Part shown: piece by piece, positions 24,747 to 33,963 of the stretch
Position numbering within the stretch: the stretch's first letter is position 1
How the letters are laid out: each line of letters starts with the position of its first letter
Assembly: GCA_002436205.1 (NCBI GenBank)
Contig: DJKT01000024.1
Span: 1-54,863 of the forward strand
DNA from: Candidatus Peribacter sp. UBA6535
GTDB taxonomy: Bacteria; Patescibacteriota; Gracilibacteria; Peribacterales; Peribacteraceae
Length of the DNA: 54,863 nt
Direction of reading: 5' to 3'
Translations under genes and position numbers: made by a program
The notes under the pieces: generated by a model
The model's database searches: none
What the model was told of the DNA's origin: nothing
Seen by the model: the letters and a program-made list of their open reading frames with translations, nothing else

Positions 24747-27401
24747 ATGTTGCCAAAAGCGTACGATCCATCGGGTACAGAAGATCGCATTTACAAGATG
24801 TGGGAGGATAGTGGGGCGTTTAAGCCAAGTGGAGATGAAAGCAAAGAGACATTTACTATCAGTATGCCGCCACCCAATGCCACAGGGCAGCTGCACTTGG
24901 GTCATGCATCTCGAATGACTGTCGAGGATGTATTCACTCGTTTTGCGAGAATGGGAGGCAAGGAAGCACTTTGGGTGCCTGGGACGGACCATGCAGCGAT
25001 TGCAACAGAGAATGTGGTTATTAGAAAGCTTCAGAAGGAGGGAATGAAAAGCCCTCGAGAGGAATTGGGACGTGAGAAGCTTATTGAAAAGATCAAAGAG
25101 TTTGTTGGCGAAAGTCAGGCAACTATTCGCGGCCAAGTTCGCAAGATGGGAAGTAGTTGTGATTGGTCACGTGAGCGTTATACGATGGGTGATTCATTAA
25201 ATCGTTGTGTGAATGAAGTTTTCTGTAAGATGTTTGCCGATGATTTGATCTATCGCGGTCACCGCATCGTCAACTGGGATCCAAAGCTTCAAACGAATGT
25301 GTCTGATGATGAGGTGGAGTGGAAGGATATGACCGATCCGTTTTACACATTCCAATACGGTCCGTTTCAGATTGCTACTGTACGTCCAGAGACAAAGTTT
25401 GGAGACAAGTACGTTGTCGTACATCCGGACGACAAGCGATACGCAGAATATAAGCACGGAGATACGTTTGACTGTGAATGGATCAATGGTTCTATTACTG
25501 CCACAGTCATCAAAGATGAGGCGGTGGATCCGGAGGTTGGAACAGGGGCGATGACCATTACTCCATGGCACAGCGTTGTAGATAATGAGATAGCAGATCG
25601 CCATGGACTCGACAAAGAGCAGATCATAGATTTTGATGGAAACCTGCTTCCGATAGCAGGGGAGTTTGAGGGCATGAAGATAGCGAACGCTCGTGAGAAG
25701 ATTGTCGAAAAGCTCGATAAGAAGGGATTACTTGTAAAAACGGATGAGAAGTACACGCATACAGTTGCTACAAATAGTCGTGGTGGGGGATCAATTGAGC
25801 CACAGATTAAGCTCCAGTGGTTTATTGATGTAAACCGTGAGGCAGTGGATTGGAAAGGAAAGAAGATGAGCCTCAAGCAGGTGATGCAGGACACCGTAAA
25901 GAGTGGGGACATCAAGATCATCCCCGAGCGCTTTGAGAAAGTATACTTCCACTGGATCGATAACTTGCGTGACTGGTGTATCAGTCGTCAAATTTGGTGG
26001 GGACACCAAATTCCTGTGTACTACAAAGGGGCAGAAGAGTTTGCTGGTGTAAAGCCGCCGGAGGGAGATGGCTGGAGCCAAGATCCTGACACGCTTGATA
26101 CATGGTTCTCCTCTTCACTCTGGACGTGGAGCACTCTAGTAGATCCAAAGTTAACAGAAGACTTCTCACTGACTCTTAAAGAGATTTTAGAGAAGAGCCC
26201 GGATTATCAGAAGTTCCACCCAACGCAAGTACTTGAAACTGCATATGATATTCTTTTCTTTTGGGTTGCTCGAATGATTCTGATGACGACGTATGTCATT
26301 GGCGAGGTACCCTTTGAGAAAGTGTATTTAAGTGGATTAATCCGTCAAAGAGATGGTAAGAAGATGAGTAAAAGTAATCCTGAAGGATGTATAGATCCTA
26401 TTGATATGATTGAGAAGTATGGAACAGATGCATTGCGTTTGTCGATGGTAATGGGTACTGGTGCTGGTAATGATTTGAAGCTCTACGAAGAGAAGATCGC
26501 AGGCTACAGAAACTTTGTGAATAAGCTGTGGAATGCGTCGAGGTTTGTACTTATGCAGTGTGAAGAGGCTGGGGTTGATCCACATGCGGTTGCATCCTGT
26601 ACCCCCAAAAGCCTCGCGGATAAGGCTGTAGTATCTGCACTGCAAGATTTGGTTGATGATGTATCTGAAAGTCTTGAGAAGTATCGTCTGAGTGAAGTTG
26701 GGGAGCGTCTCTATACATTCACATGGGATTATTATTGTGATTGGTATCTAGAACTTTCCAAAGGTGAAGCAAATCCTGAAGTTTTGATTCATGTTCTGCG
26801 TACGATCGTGACATTGTTGCATCCATATTGTCCGTTTGTTACAGAGGAGCTTTGGGAATCTATCAAGCCAAAAGATTCTGGCATGTTGATCTCTGAGCCA
26901 TGGCCTGAGTCGGATGCAAAGCTTAAAGATCAATCCTCACAGGATGATCTACAGATTACCATTGATGTTATCTCAGCTATTCGCAGCTTACGTGCAGATC
27001 AAGGCTTAGAGCCTGCTAAGAAGGTAAGTATTATTGTGTATTCAAAGCATGCGAAACTACTCGAGAGCCAGAGAGTACATATTGAAAGCATGACTCGTCT
27101 TGAAAATCTTACAATTGACAGTGCTGCTCAAAAACATGAAGACGTTGCTTCAGCATTTTTGAATGCTGCAGAGGTACATATGCCCCTCGAAGGTCTTATC
27201 GATAAAGATAAAGAACTTGCGAAGCTTCAAAAAGATCGTGATCAACTTGAAGGATTCATCAAGGGCATCAATGCGAAGCTTGGTAACAAGAAGTTTGTGG
27301 AAAATGCAAAAGAAGAGGTGGTTGCTTTGGAAAGAGAGAAGTTGGAGAGTGCAGAAGGGAAGTTGAAGAAGGTTTTGGAAAGACTTGAAAGTCTCAGCTA
27401 A
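24747..27401 (+). CDS. valS: Valine--tRNA ligase
   Basis: PPPNATGQLHLGH, PGTDHA.IAT, DWCISRQIWWGH, DTLDTWFSS, KMSKS, C-terminal coiled coil. Confidence 0.97.
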   Translation: MLPKAYDPSGTEDRIYKMWEDSGAFKPSGDESKETFTISMPPPNATGQLHLGHASRMTVEDVFTRFARMGGKEALWVPGTDHAAIATENVVIRKLQKEGMKSPREELGREKLIEKIKEFVGESQATIRGQVRKMGSSCDWSRERYTMGDSLNRCVNEVFCKMFADDLIYRGHRIVNWDPKLQTNVSDDEVEWKDMTDPFYTFQYGPFQIATVRPETKFGDKYVVVHPDDKRYAEYKHGDTFDCEWINGSITATVIKDEAVDPEVGTGAMTITPWHSVVDNEIADRHGLDKEQIIDFDGNLLPIAGEFEGMKIANAREKIVEKLDKKGLLVKTDEKYTHTVATNSRGGGSIEPQIKLQWFIDVNREAVDWKGKKMSLKQVMQDTVKSGDIKIIPERFEKVYFHWIDNLRDWCISRQIWWGHQIPVYYKGAEEFAGVKPPEGDGWSQDPDTLDTWFSSSLWTWSTLVDPKLTEDFSLTLKEILEKSPDYQKFHPTQVLETAYDILFFWVARMILMTTYVIGEVPFEKVYLSGLIRQRDGKKMSKSNPEGCIDPIDMIEKYGTDALRLSMVMGTGAGNDLKLYEEKIAGYRNFVNKLWNASRFVLMQCEEAGVDPHAVASCTPKSLADKAVVSALQDLVDDVSESLEKYRLSEVGERLYTFTWDYYCDWYLELSKGEANPEVLIHVLRTIVTLLHPYCPFVTEELWESIKPKDSGMLISEPWPESDAKLKDQSSQDDLQITIDVISAIRSLRADQGLEPAKKVSIIVYSKHAKLLESQRVHIESMTRLENLTIDSAAQKHEDVASAFLNAAEVHMPLEGLIDKDKELAKLQKDRDQLEGFIKGINAKLGNKKFVENAKEEVVALEREKLESAEGKLKKVLERLESLS

Positions 27402-27440
27402 TCTTTTGTTACTTTTCCGATGAAAAGAAGCTTCGCTATC

Positions 27441-27628
27441 TTCTTGTCCCTTTTTTCTTGATAAAAAAGGGACAGAAAAAATCAAGGCTCGCGCAGACTC
27501 GTGCGAAGCAATAGAAAGAAGTAGTATTCCTGTGCGCGCATTCAACCAAGCTCCCTTCGGGACTTGGCATTCATGCGCTACATGAAAAACATTAGTACAT
27601 TCTTCGCCCTCAGACATATGCGCTCGCC
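27441..27628 (+). repeat. Structured intergenic repeat, family A (head hairpin TGTCCCTTTTTT-CTTGAT-AAAAAAGGGACA)
   Basis: 24-bp identity (27442-27465) with the window end 54840-54863; internal hairpins. Confidence 0.7.
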
Positions 27629-27644
27629 AGTATGTAGGCTCGTC

Positions 27645-27812
27645 TGCCACTGTAGTGTGGACGAAGATCACCCCGCATTACGATCTACTTAGCGACGCAG
27701 TGCGAAGCTGCGCAGCAGACTTCGTCAAGGAGCGCACAGTGCATTGTGTCTTGATTGCTTCGTTCACATCAGTGGCAAAGATTTTTGGTTACTTTGTATC
27801 TACAAAGTAACA
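27645..27812 (-). repeat. Structured ~170-bp dispersed repeat, family B (MITE/REPIN-like), copy 1
   Basis: Reverse complement aligns with 45334-45503, including identical 33-bp (27694-27726 vs 45421-45453) and 31-bp blocks. Confidence 0.88.
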
Positions 27813-27851
27813 TATGTATTACATTGTATTGCATTTGTAACACAAGCCTGT

Positions 27852-29099
27852 TTATTCAATCATTCCCAGGTGCGGTTTTTTGGCAGAACTAAGCGCCATT
27901 GCGCTACCACGCTTTAGCGACTCTCTTCCAAATTTTTTGTGCAAATCATCCATAGCCTCTTGTATATGTTCTGCTTCCTGCGCATGTTCTGGATCTTCAA
28001 ACAGCGAGTACTGCGTACCACCTTTCGGGTTTAATCCATACAGTCCAAGTCCTATCTGAGTATACGAACTTCCTTGTTCGTATAACCTTTCAAAACATTG
28101 ATGCACATAGGGAAGTACCTGCTCCTCGGTATCCATGAGTTGTGGCAATTTACTTTCTTTTTGGTCGAAGGTGTACGATGCATCGCGTAGCCATACACTT
28201 ACTACCGAACATGCCAAACCCTCACGCCGCATTTTTAGCATCGTGTAGGTCAAATGATGAAGGAGATGTGCGTACACCATCTCTCGATCTCGGGTGGGCA
28301 GGAAGCTTCTGGTACGCGAGATAGATTTTGGTGGCGCTACTTCTGTTGCTACTTTTTCTACCATCTCTCCGAGGAGTTCTCGTTGCATTGCAAGTCCTGG
28401 GCGACCAAACAGCTTCTGTACTTTCTCTTTATCTGCCATTGCAATGTCGTATGCAGTTTTCCAACCCTGTGCTGCACTGTGTAAGTCTCTGCGTTTACCA
28501 ATACCGGGTATAGCGGCTGCCGGTCTATCGTGTAAAAACACATCAACCGTTAAAAGGGAGGGGCGCTCCTGCAAAGCACCCCCACTCTGTGATGGTGATG
28601 GGTTTTTGTTTGGCCAGACTATGGTTACCCCCTCGGGCTTGATGTATTCACTCGCCATCTTTGCCAGTAATTTGCTCGTTCCTATTCCTATGGAGACAGT
28701 CAGATTTACCGATCGCTTCACGGTTTCTTGAAGTTCGAGTGCCCAGTACTTCAGATTGTCAGGCAATCCTCCCGGTAGACTCTTTAAATCCAAAAACCAC
28801 TCATCAACACTGTAACGCTCAATCACAGGACAACGGTTTTTGAGAATTTGTTCTATCTGGCGAGAGGCGAGCAGTGCTTCGTCAAAGTCCGAAGGAAGTG
28901 CGACTGCCCCTCTGCAGAGTTTGCGTGCCTCTGATAGGCGCATTCCTGTTTTTACTCCCTTTGCCTTTGCTTCGTAGCTTGCGGCAATCACACAGCCACC
29001 TCCCATACCGAGGGCAAGGATGGGCTTCCCGATCAAATCAGGTCGTTTGCGTTGTAATGCAGAGGCGAAGAAGGCGTCTGCGTCGATGTGGGCGATCAT
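27852..29099 (-). CDS. dinB: Y-family DNA polymerase (DinB/UmuC-like)
   Basis: HIDADAFFAS, AASYEAK..GV..GM, YSVDE.FLD, KLLAKMAS, IPGIG, PKSIS..RSF, Q.SLF clamp-binding motif. Confidence 0.9.
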   Translation of the reverse strand: MIAHIDADAFFASALQRKRPDLIGKPILALGMGGGCVIAASYEAKAKGVKTGMRLSEARKLCRGAVALPSDFDEALLASRQIEQILKNRCPVIERYSVDEWFLDLKSLPGGLPDNLKYWALELQETVKRSVNLTVSIGIGTSKLLAKMASEYIKPEGVTIVWPNKNPSPSQSGGALQERPSLLTVDVFLHDRPAAAIPGIGKRRDLHSAAQGWKTAYDIAMADKEKVQKLFGRPGLAMQRELLGEMVEKVATEVAPPKSISRTRSFLPTRDREMVYAHLLHHLTYTMLKMRREGLACSVVSVWLRDASYTFDQKESKLPQLMDTEEQVLPYVHQCFERLYEQGSSYTQIGLGLYGLNPKGGTQYSLFEDPEHAQEAEHIQEAMDDLHKKFGRESLKRGSAMALSSAKKPHLGMIE

Positions 29100-29102
29100 A
29101 AC

Positions 29103-29130
29103 GAGGGGTTGGGGGCTAGTAGCTAGTAGT
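29103..29130. repeat. Heptamer tract at the 3' flank of the four-helix-bundle gene
   Basis: gaggggt tgggggc tagtagc tagtagt. Confidence 0.8.
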
Positions 29131-29493
29131 TCGGGATTGTATTGATCTCAGTAATCCATTTATTAGTTTTGCGACAGTTACTGTTTGTTCTGCTAGAACA
29201 TCGAAATCATCTTTTTGAATGTAGTGCACATCTTTAGCTATCAGTATTTGATTTTGTGTTTCTGTAAGAGATGCCAGAGCAATTCGGTAAAACTGTGTTT
29301 TTTCTTTTTGCGACTTTCTACCGAACCCTTCTGCAATATTGGAAGTGATAGATACAGCAGCACGGCGTAGTTGAGATGTTAATCCAAACATTTCTGTCTT
29401 TGGAAATGTATTTGTTATTTGATAAATACTTAGTACAAATTTATGCCCTTCTTGCCAGGCTTTGAGACTAGTAAACGATTTAATTTTTTCCAT
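29116..29493 (-). CDS. Four-helix bundle protein (23S rRNA IVS protein / bAvd-like family)
   Basis: F..LKAWQ, FP..E.FGLTSQLRRAAVSI.SNIAEG.GR, F..IA..SL.E...Q motifs. Confidence 0.93.
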   Translation of the reverse strand: MEKIKSFTSLKAWQEGHKFVLSIYQITNTFPKTEMFGLTSQLRRAAVSITSNIAEGFGRKSQKEKTQFYRIALASLTETQNQILIAKDVHYIQKDDFDVLAEQTVTVAKLINGLLRSIQSRTTSY

Positions 29494-29527
29494 AGAAAAG
29501 AAAACGAATAGAAATGATTCAAAATTT

Positions 29528-29560
29528 CCCCCTAACCCCTAGCTACTAACCCCTAGCTAC
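29528..29560. repeat. Heptamer tract at the 5' flank of the four-helix-bundle gene, inverted relative to 29103-29130
   Basis: cccccta accccta gctacta accccta gctac. Confidence 0.8.
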
Positions 29561-30165
29561 ATCTTTCGTATCATGCCTTCCATGACTCCTGCAACTTGCA
29601 GTTCTTCCATGGCGTACATATCCGGATAGTCCGGGTTTTCTGCCTGAAGGTAGTATTTACCTTTATCACGCTTGAGACGCTTGAGAGTGAATTCACCATC
29701 AAGGACGCCAACGACAATATCATTAAGCTTCGGTGTTTTCTTGCGGTTTACGACAATCACATCTCCTTCGAATATTCCGGCGTCTATCATACTGTCACCC
29801 TTTACGCGGAGGAGGAATGTTGAGGAGCGGTCCCCAATCAGATACGTATCCAAAGAAATCATTTCCTCTGCCTGCTCTTCTACGGGGGCTGCAAATCCTG
29901 CGGAGATGGGACCGAAGAGTGGAAGCATCATTGGCTGTGCCATTCCTTCATCCTTGTCGCTCATTTCCATAATTTTAATGCGTCCTTTCGGGTCTTTCTC
30001 CAGTTGCCCCTCGCGCACCAATACATTGACCACTTTTGCGACCGCATTTTTACTACTGACACCAAAGGCAAGAGCAAGGTCTGCAAGAGAGGGCGAGTAT
30101 CCACGTTTGCGTTGGAATTCTCCAATGTAATTAAGCACAGTGCGTTGGTGTGGGGTGAGAGTCAT
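29557..30165 (-). CDS. lexA: LexA-family repressor
   Basis: LT..Q..VL..I...GYSPS wHTH, ISAG cleavage site, V.GDSM (Ser) and TLKR (Lys) catalytic residues. Confidence 0.93.
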   Translation of the reverse strand: MTLTPHQRTVLNYIGEFQRKRGYSPSLADLALAFGVSSKNAVAKVVNVLVREGQLEKDPKGRIKIMEMSDKDEGMAQPMMLPLFGPISAGFAAPVEEQAEEMISLDTYLIGDRSSTFLLRVKGDSMIDAGIFEGDVIVVNRKKTPKLNDIVVGVLDGEFTLKRLKRDKGKYYLQAENPDYPDMYAMEELQVAGVMEGMIRKM

Positions 30166-30174
30166 AAATGTGTT

Positions 30175-30220
30175 GGGTACGTTCGTCCACCATAGTAGGT
30201 GTACGAGTGTGCACTGTCAA
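30175..30220 (-). promoter_or_regulatory. lexA promoter with two candidate LexA operators
   Basis: Minus strand TTGACA-17-TACTAT; related 16-mers GTGCACACTCGTACAC (30199-30214, in the spacer) and GTGGACGAACGTACCC (30175-30190). Confidence 0.65.
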
Positions 30221-30258
30221 TAAGCTGAGGTTGCATTCCGCTGCTTCTTGTTTTTTTA

Positions 30259-31188
30259 TTACACATTCTCCTCTGCATCATCACTGATGATGTCGAGGTC
30301 TTTAAGCTGACTGAGTTCCAGATAGGTAATAGTCCATACCGTTTGCCTGAACACCGTAAGATAGGCAAAGAAGTAGCTGGCTATTATTGTCAGTATGAAC
30401 CCGATGATACTTCCAATGGTGTAACTGACAACTGGTGAAAAGAATTTTGCAAGTAGCAGTCCCACACCAATAACAACGCCGGGAACTAGGAGAATCATGA
30501 CGATGTTAATGATGATACGCAGGCTGATAACGAAGAGAAGAATCAGCAGGAAGACAATGTGCCCCAAGTGGCTGATGATCAGCTTCATACTTTTACCAAT
30601 GGCGGCGAATGGTCCGTGCTTGTGAATAACAATTGCCTCTTCGGCAAACGCTGCAAAGAACTGGAGGATACTACTAAACACCCAGAAGAATCCCAGTAGT
30701 CCTAAGGGAAGCAGCAGGAAGTCTCCACCGGGTCCATACCGGATCATCAGAGAGCCGATGGTAATAACAGTAGAAATACCGCCCAATACAAAGAGTTCAT
30801 GAACGATGAAGATGGGGACACAGTTATACAGTGCAAGAATCAATCCTCCTTTTACCTCTTGTTTCGTGTGCGACTTTGCAGCAAGTCCGATAATGGCACC
30901 TTTGGCAAAGTGCGGGAAGACAAGCTCTATGGCTACCATAGAGAAGATGATAATAATCAATGTCCACGCAGCACTGGCAGGCATGTACTTTAAAAACAGT
31001 TCTTCCATTGCAAAGAAGCTGATGGTTTCCCCTCTAATGACATAGAGGTAGAAGAACCAGGACTGGTAAATCAGGAGTTTGATATTAAGCAATGTCTCCA
31101 GCAATGCAGAGGAGAATCCCCAGCGGCGAAGCTGTTTCTCCTTTTTGGTCATGGCCCATGCTTTGGCGATTATTTCTCGGGGCGTCAC
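30259..31188 (-). CDS. Hypothetical polytopic membrane protein
   Basis: 309 aa with ~6 TM segments, F.AI.KS..L motif; GTG start. Confidence 0.75.
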   Translation of the reverse strand: MTPREIIAKAWAMTKKEKQLRRWGFSSALLETLLNIKLLIYQSWFFYLYVIRGETISFFAMEELFLKYMPASAAWTLIIIIFSMVAIELVFPHFAKGAIIGLAAKSHTKQEVKGGLILALYNCVPIFIVHELFVLGGISTVITIGSLMIRYGPGGDFLLLPLGLLGFFWVFSSILQFFAAFAEEAIVIHKHGPFAAIGKSMKLIISHLGHIVFLLILLFVISLRIIINIVMILLVPGVVIGVGLLLAKFFSPVVSYTIGSIIGFILTIIASYFFAYLTVFRQTVWTITYLELSQLKDLDIISDDAEENV

Positions 31189-31190
31189 GA

Positions 31191-31225
31191 TAGGGGTAAG
31201 GGGTAAGTAGCTAGGGGCTAGGGGA
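31191..31225. repeat. Five-unit heptamer tract filling the intergenic gap
   Basis: taggggt aaggggt aagtagc taggggc tagggga. Confidence 0.85.
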
Positions 31226-32749
31226 TTATTTGATTAGATCCTGTACAGGAGTGTAGCGGTAGTCCTTTCCGAGGATAATTGTAGCACGCTCTCGCTGTGT
31301 ATCTGGCAAATCCAATGGTGCAGGAATAGCCTCTATATCAAGCAATGTACTGAAGAATTCTACAATAGCATCAGGTTCTGGTGGTGTAATAATCATAGAA
31401 GATTCACGTTTTTCGGTCTCTCCATTCTCAATTTTGGTCACAGAGAAACCAAAGCGCGTAAGCTCTGTGGCAAGCTTTCTGGCAGAACCAGGCGCGGCAC
31501 CTGCATTCAGCACAGCGACATTCGGTGCATCGAGGTAGATTTCTCTGTTACGGAAAATAAGTTCTGCAAAAGACTGTGGCTGCTTCCAGGTTACGGGGAA
31601 TTCAGGGATGGATACCGGTAGCAGTACTGATGCCCCTTCAAACAGATTCCTTGGTGGTGTATACAGCATACCGCCTGGCTCGATGATGTAATCGTAAAGT
31701 GCATTTCGGTCATTAAGTTGCATACTAATGATGTTGTCTCGGTTTAGCTTTTGTCCAAGCTGCGCGGCTCCTATAAGTTCTCGCAGTGTCATAGTTGTTT
31801 CAACATTCTCACTCATGATTTTCATAAATGATGTTATGGCCGCAGGGTCACTAAGAACACCTTCTTCTTTGGCAGTGTGTGCCATAGCCCCAAGAATTTG
31901 CTGTTGGCGAGCGGAGCGACCGAAGTCACTGCTGGTGTGGCGGCTACGTGCGTACTTGAGAGCAGTTTCTCCATCCAGATGTCTAGGACCTGCGCGAATA
32001 ACGAATGGTTCGAACCCAAAGTTTTCATCCGGATACTCGTAGTCCTCAATATCGTATGGCACATCGATGTCTATGCCTCCCAATACATCAACAGCACGTG
32101 TGAAGGCGATGAAGTCTACTTTGATTGTGTGGTGAATCTCTATGCCAAGCTTGGTACCAAGTTCTTCGCCCAAGTATTCCAGCGTTTGCTTAGAAGCGAT
32201 GGCAGGCTCAACGCCTTTTTGGAAAATCAAATAACTGCGAAAGTCTCGGTACATGGTATTCAGTCTTCCTTTCCCCATCTTTTCTGTCTTTAAGAAGTAT
32301 GTATCGCGGGGAAGGGAAAGGAGTACTGCGCTCTGGGTGTTATCTGGATCGATACTGGCGATCATAATAGTATCGGTGAGGTTTTTCCCGTCGTGGTCTG
32401 CGTGACCTTGTCCCATTAGAAGAAAATTTGTAAAGCCTCGGTCATCTTTTTCTAAATTTACTCCAGCGATGCTGATGACATTAGAAATTCCTAAGCTGCG
32501 CACGGACATCATTGCTTTACCGATACCTGCAAGAAGTAACAATGCAACCAGTACGGCGATGAGTACAGTGAGCGTTCTTTTTAAGACTCCAAGACGGTGC
32601 TCTTTTTTCTTTTCACGCGTGTGACGCCTCTTCCACTGATGGTAGATTCCCATCACCGGTTGGGCGATCGTGAGAATAGCGGCTGCGCGACCAGCCCAGA
32701 GCTTTGCGCTACTGGGTTTATCACTAAGCTTTCGAACACGAAAAGACAT
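31226..32749 (-). CDS. LCP (LytR-CpsA-Psr) family protein with LytR C-terminal domain
   Basis: LTDTIM, LSLPRD, LDGE.AL.YARSR...SDF.RS.RQQ, V.VLNAG...G.A, IILGKDY. Confidence 0.92.
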   Translation of the reverse strand: MSFRVRKLSDKPSSAKLWAGRAAAILTIAQPVMGIYHQWKRRHTREKKKEHRLGVLKRTLTVLIAVLVALLLLAGIGKAMMSVRSLGISNVISIAGVNLEKDDRGFTNFLLMGQGHADHDGKNLTDTIMIASIDPDNTQSAVLLSLPRDTYFLKTEKMGKGRLNTMYRDFRSYLIFQKGVEPAIASKQTLEYLGEELGTKLGIEIHHTIKVDFIAFTRAVDVLGGIDIDVPYDIEDYEYPDENFGFEPFVIRAGPRHLDGETALKYARSRHTSSDFGRSARQQQILGAMAHTAKEEGVLSDPAAITSFMKIMSENVETTMTLRELIGAAQLGQKLNRDNIISMQLNDRNALYDYIIEPGGMLYTPPRNLFEGASVLLPVSIPEFPVTWKQPQSFAELIFRNREIYLDAPNVAVLNAGAAPGSARKLATELTRFGFSVTKIENGETEKRESSMIITPPEPDAIVEFFSTLLDIEAIPAPLDLPDTQRERATIILGKDYRYTPVQDLIK

Positions 32750-32824
32750 TGGAAATAGCTTACCGTAAACGATCTATTCGTAATAGTGTTTTTCAGTACA
32801 CCTTTATGGTGTACGGGCGTGTTT

Positions 32825-33924
32825 TGCATAGGTTCAGATACATATTGCACTCCCTGGGATCCTAGAATCCTATGGGAAGAGGACGTTTCCAGCCTGCATT
32901 CAAAGGCTTACACTTCACAACCTGCTACAACAATGCAGTACGGTGGTCACATATGGTTACTGCAAAAGCTGCTCAGAAGTATGAAGTCCTGATCTTCTGG
33001 GAAAAGTATGGTCTACAGGCAACAATGGATGCATTCAAGGTGAGCAGAAGGACACTGTTTCTCTGGAAGAAGCTCCTCAGAGATGGACGAGGGAAACCAG
33101 AAGCATTAAACGATCAATCGAAGACGCCGGAACATACGAGAATCCGTGCATGGCCCTTAGAGCTTCTGGAGGAAATCAAGAGGCAACGTATGGAACATCC
33201 GAACCTTGGGAAAGCAAAACTCCAAAAGCTCCTGATTCCTTTCTGCAGGAAGCACAATTTTCCTATTCCTTCTGCATCAACTGTTGGCAGGCTCATCAAC
33301 GACATGGGAGGACTGAGAGTCTTCCCACAGAAGATCAGTCATTTTGGAAAGATCAAGAAGGCAAACAGAAAGAAGGTACTCAGAAAACCAAAAGATTTGA
33401 AGGCAACGCATCCCGGACACGTGGTCGCTCTGGATACCGTTGAACGATTCGTCCATGGTTGTCGTCGCTACATCATCACCTTCGAAGACATTCATAGTCG
33501 GTTTGGATTTGCATGGTCTACGACATCTCATGCCTCGAAGGCTGCAGCAGAGTTCTTCGAGCTCTGTCGCATGGTGTTTCCTGTGCCATTTGAGAATGTC
33601 CTAACGGACAATGGTTCGGAGTTTAAGAAGGACTTTTCCAAAGCTCTGGCAGAGCTGCACCTGACGCACTACCACACCTATCCAAGAACCCCAAAGATGA
33701 ATGCGCACTGTGAACGATTTAACAGAACCATTCAGGAAGAGTTTGTTGATTTTCATGCCCATGAGCTTCTTGAACCAGAAAAGTTCAATATCATCCTTAT
33801 GGAGTGGTTGGTCTGGTACAACTGTGAGAGACCCCATTGGGCACACAAACTGGATACACCACTTCAATCTCTGCTATCGTGGTCTCAAACCCAGCAAGAG
33901 TGCAATTATGGGTGGACCGATACA
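32825..33924 (+). mobile_element. Complete insertion sequence, IS481-like, 1100 bp
   Basis: Imperfect terminal IRs TGCATAGGTTCA...ATTGCACTC and GAGTGCAAT...TGGACCGATACA; 5-bp direct repeat TGTTT at 32820-32824 and 33925-33929. Confidence 0.85.
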
Positions 33925-33954
33925 TGTTTTTGCGTTTTTCAGCGGTTCCTGTAG
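32953..33954 (+). CDS. DDE transposase (HTH plus integrase core)
   Basis: VSRRTLFLW HTH; LDT, TDNGSEF, P..N...ERFNRT.QEEF, YN..RPH; stop codon lies beyond the right IR. Confidence 0.92.
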   Translation: MVTAKAAQKYEVLIFWEKYGLQATMDAFKVSRRTLFLWKKLLRDGRGKPEALNDQSKTPEHTRIRAWPLELLEEIKRQRMEHPNLGKAKLQKLLIPFCRKHNFPIPSASTVGRLINDMGGLRVFPQKISHFGKIKKANRKKVLRKPKDLKATHPGHVVALDTVERFVHGCRRYIITFEDIHSRFGFAWSTTSHASKAAAEFFELCRMVFPVPFENVLTDNGSEFKKDFSKALAELHLTHYHTYPRTPKMNAHCERFNRTIQEEFVDFHAHELLEPEKFNIILMEWLVWYNCERPHWAHKLDTPLQSLLSWSQTQQECNYGWTDTCFCVFQRFL

Positions 33955-33963
33955 CATTTGCGT

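Noticed and set aside
27402-27812. CRISPR array
   Set aside because: No regularly spaced identical repeats with unique spacers and no cas genes; these are dispersed hairpin repeats
29116-29493. Diversity-generating retroelement suggested by the Avd-like protein
   Set aside because: No reverse transcriptase in the window, and no template/variable repeat pair differing only at adenines
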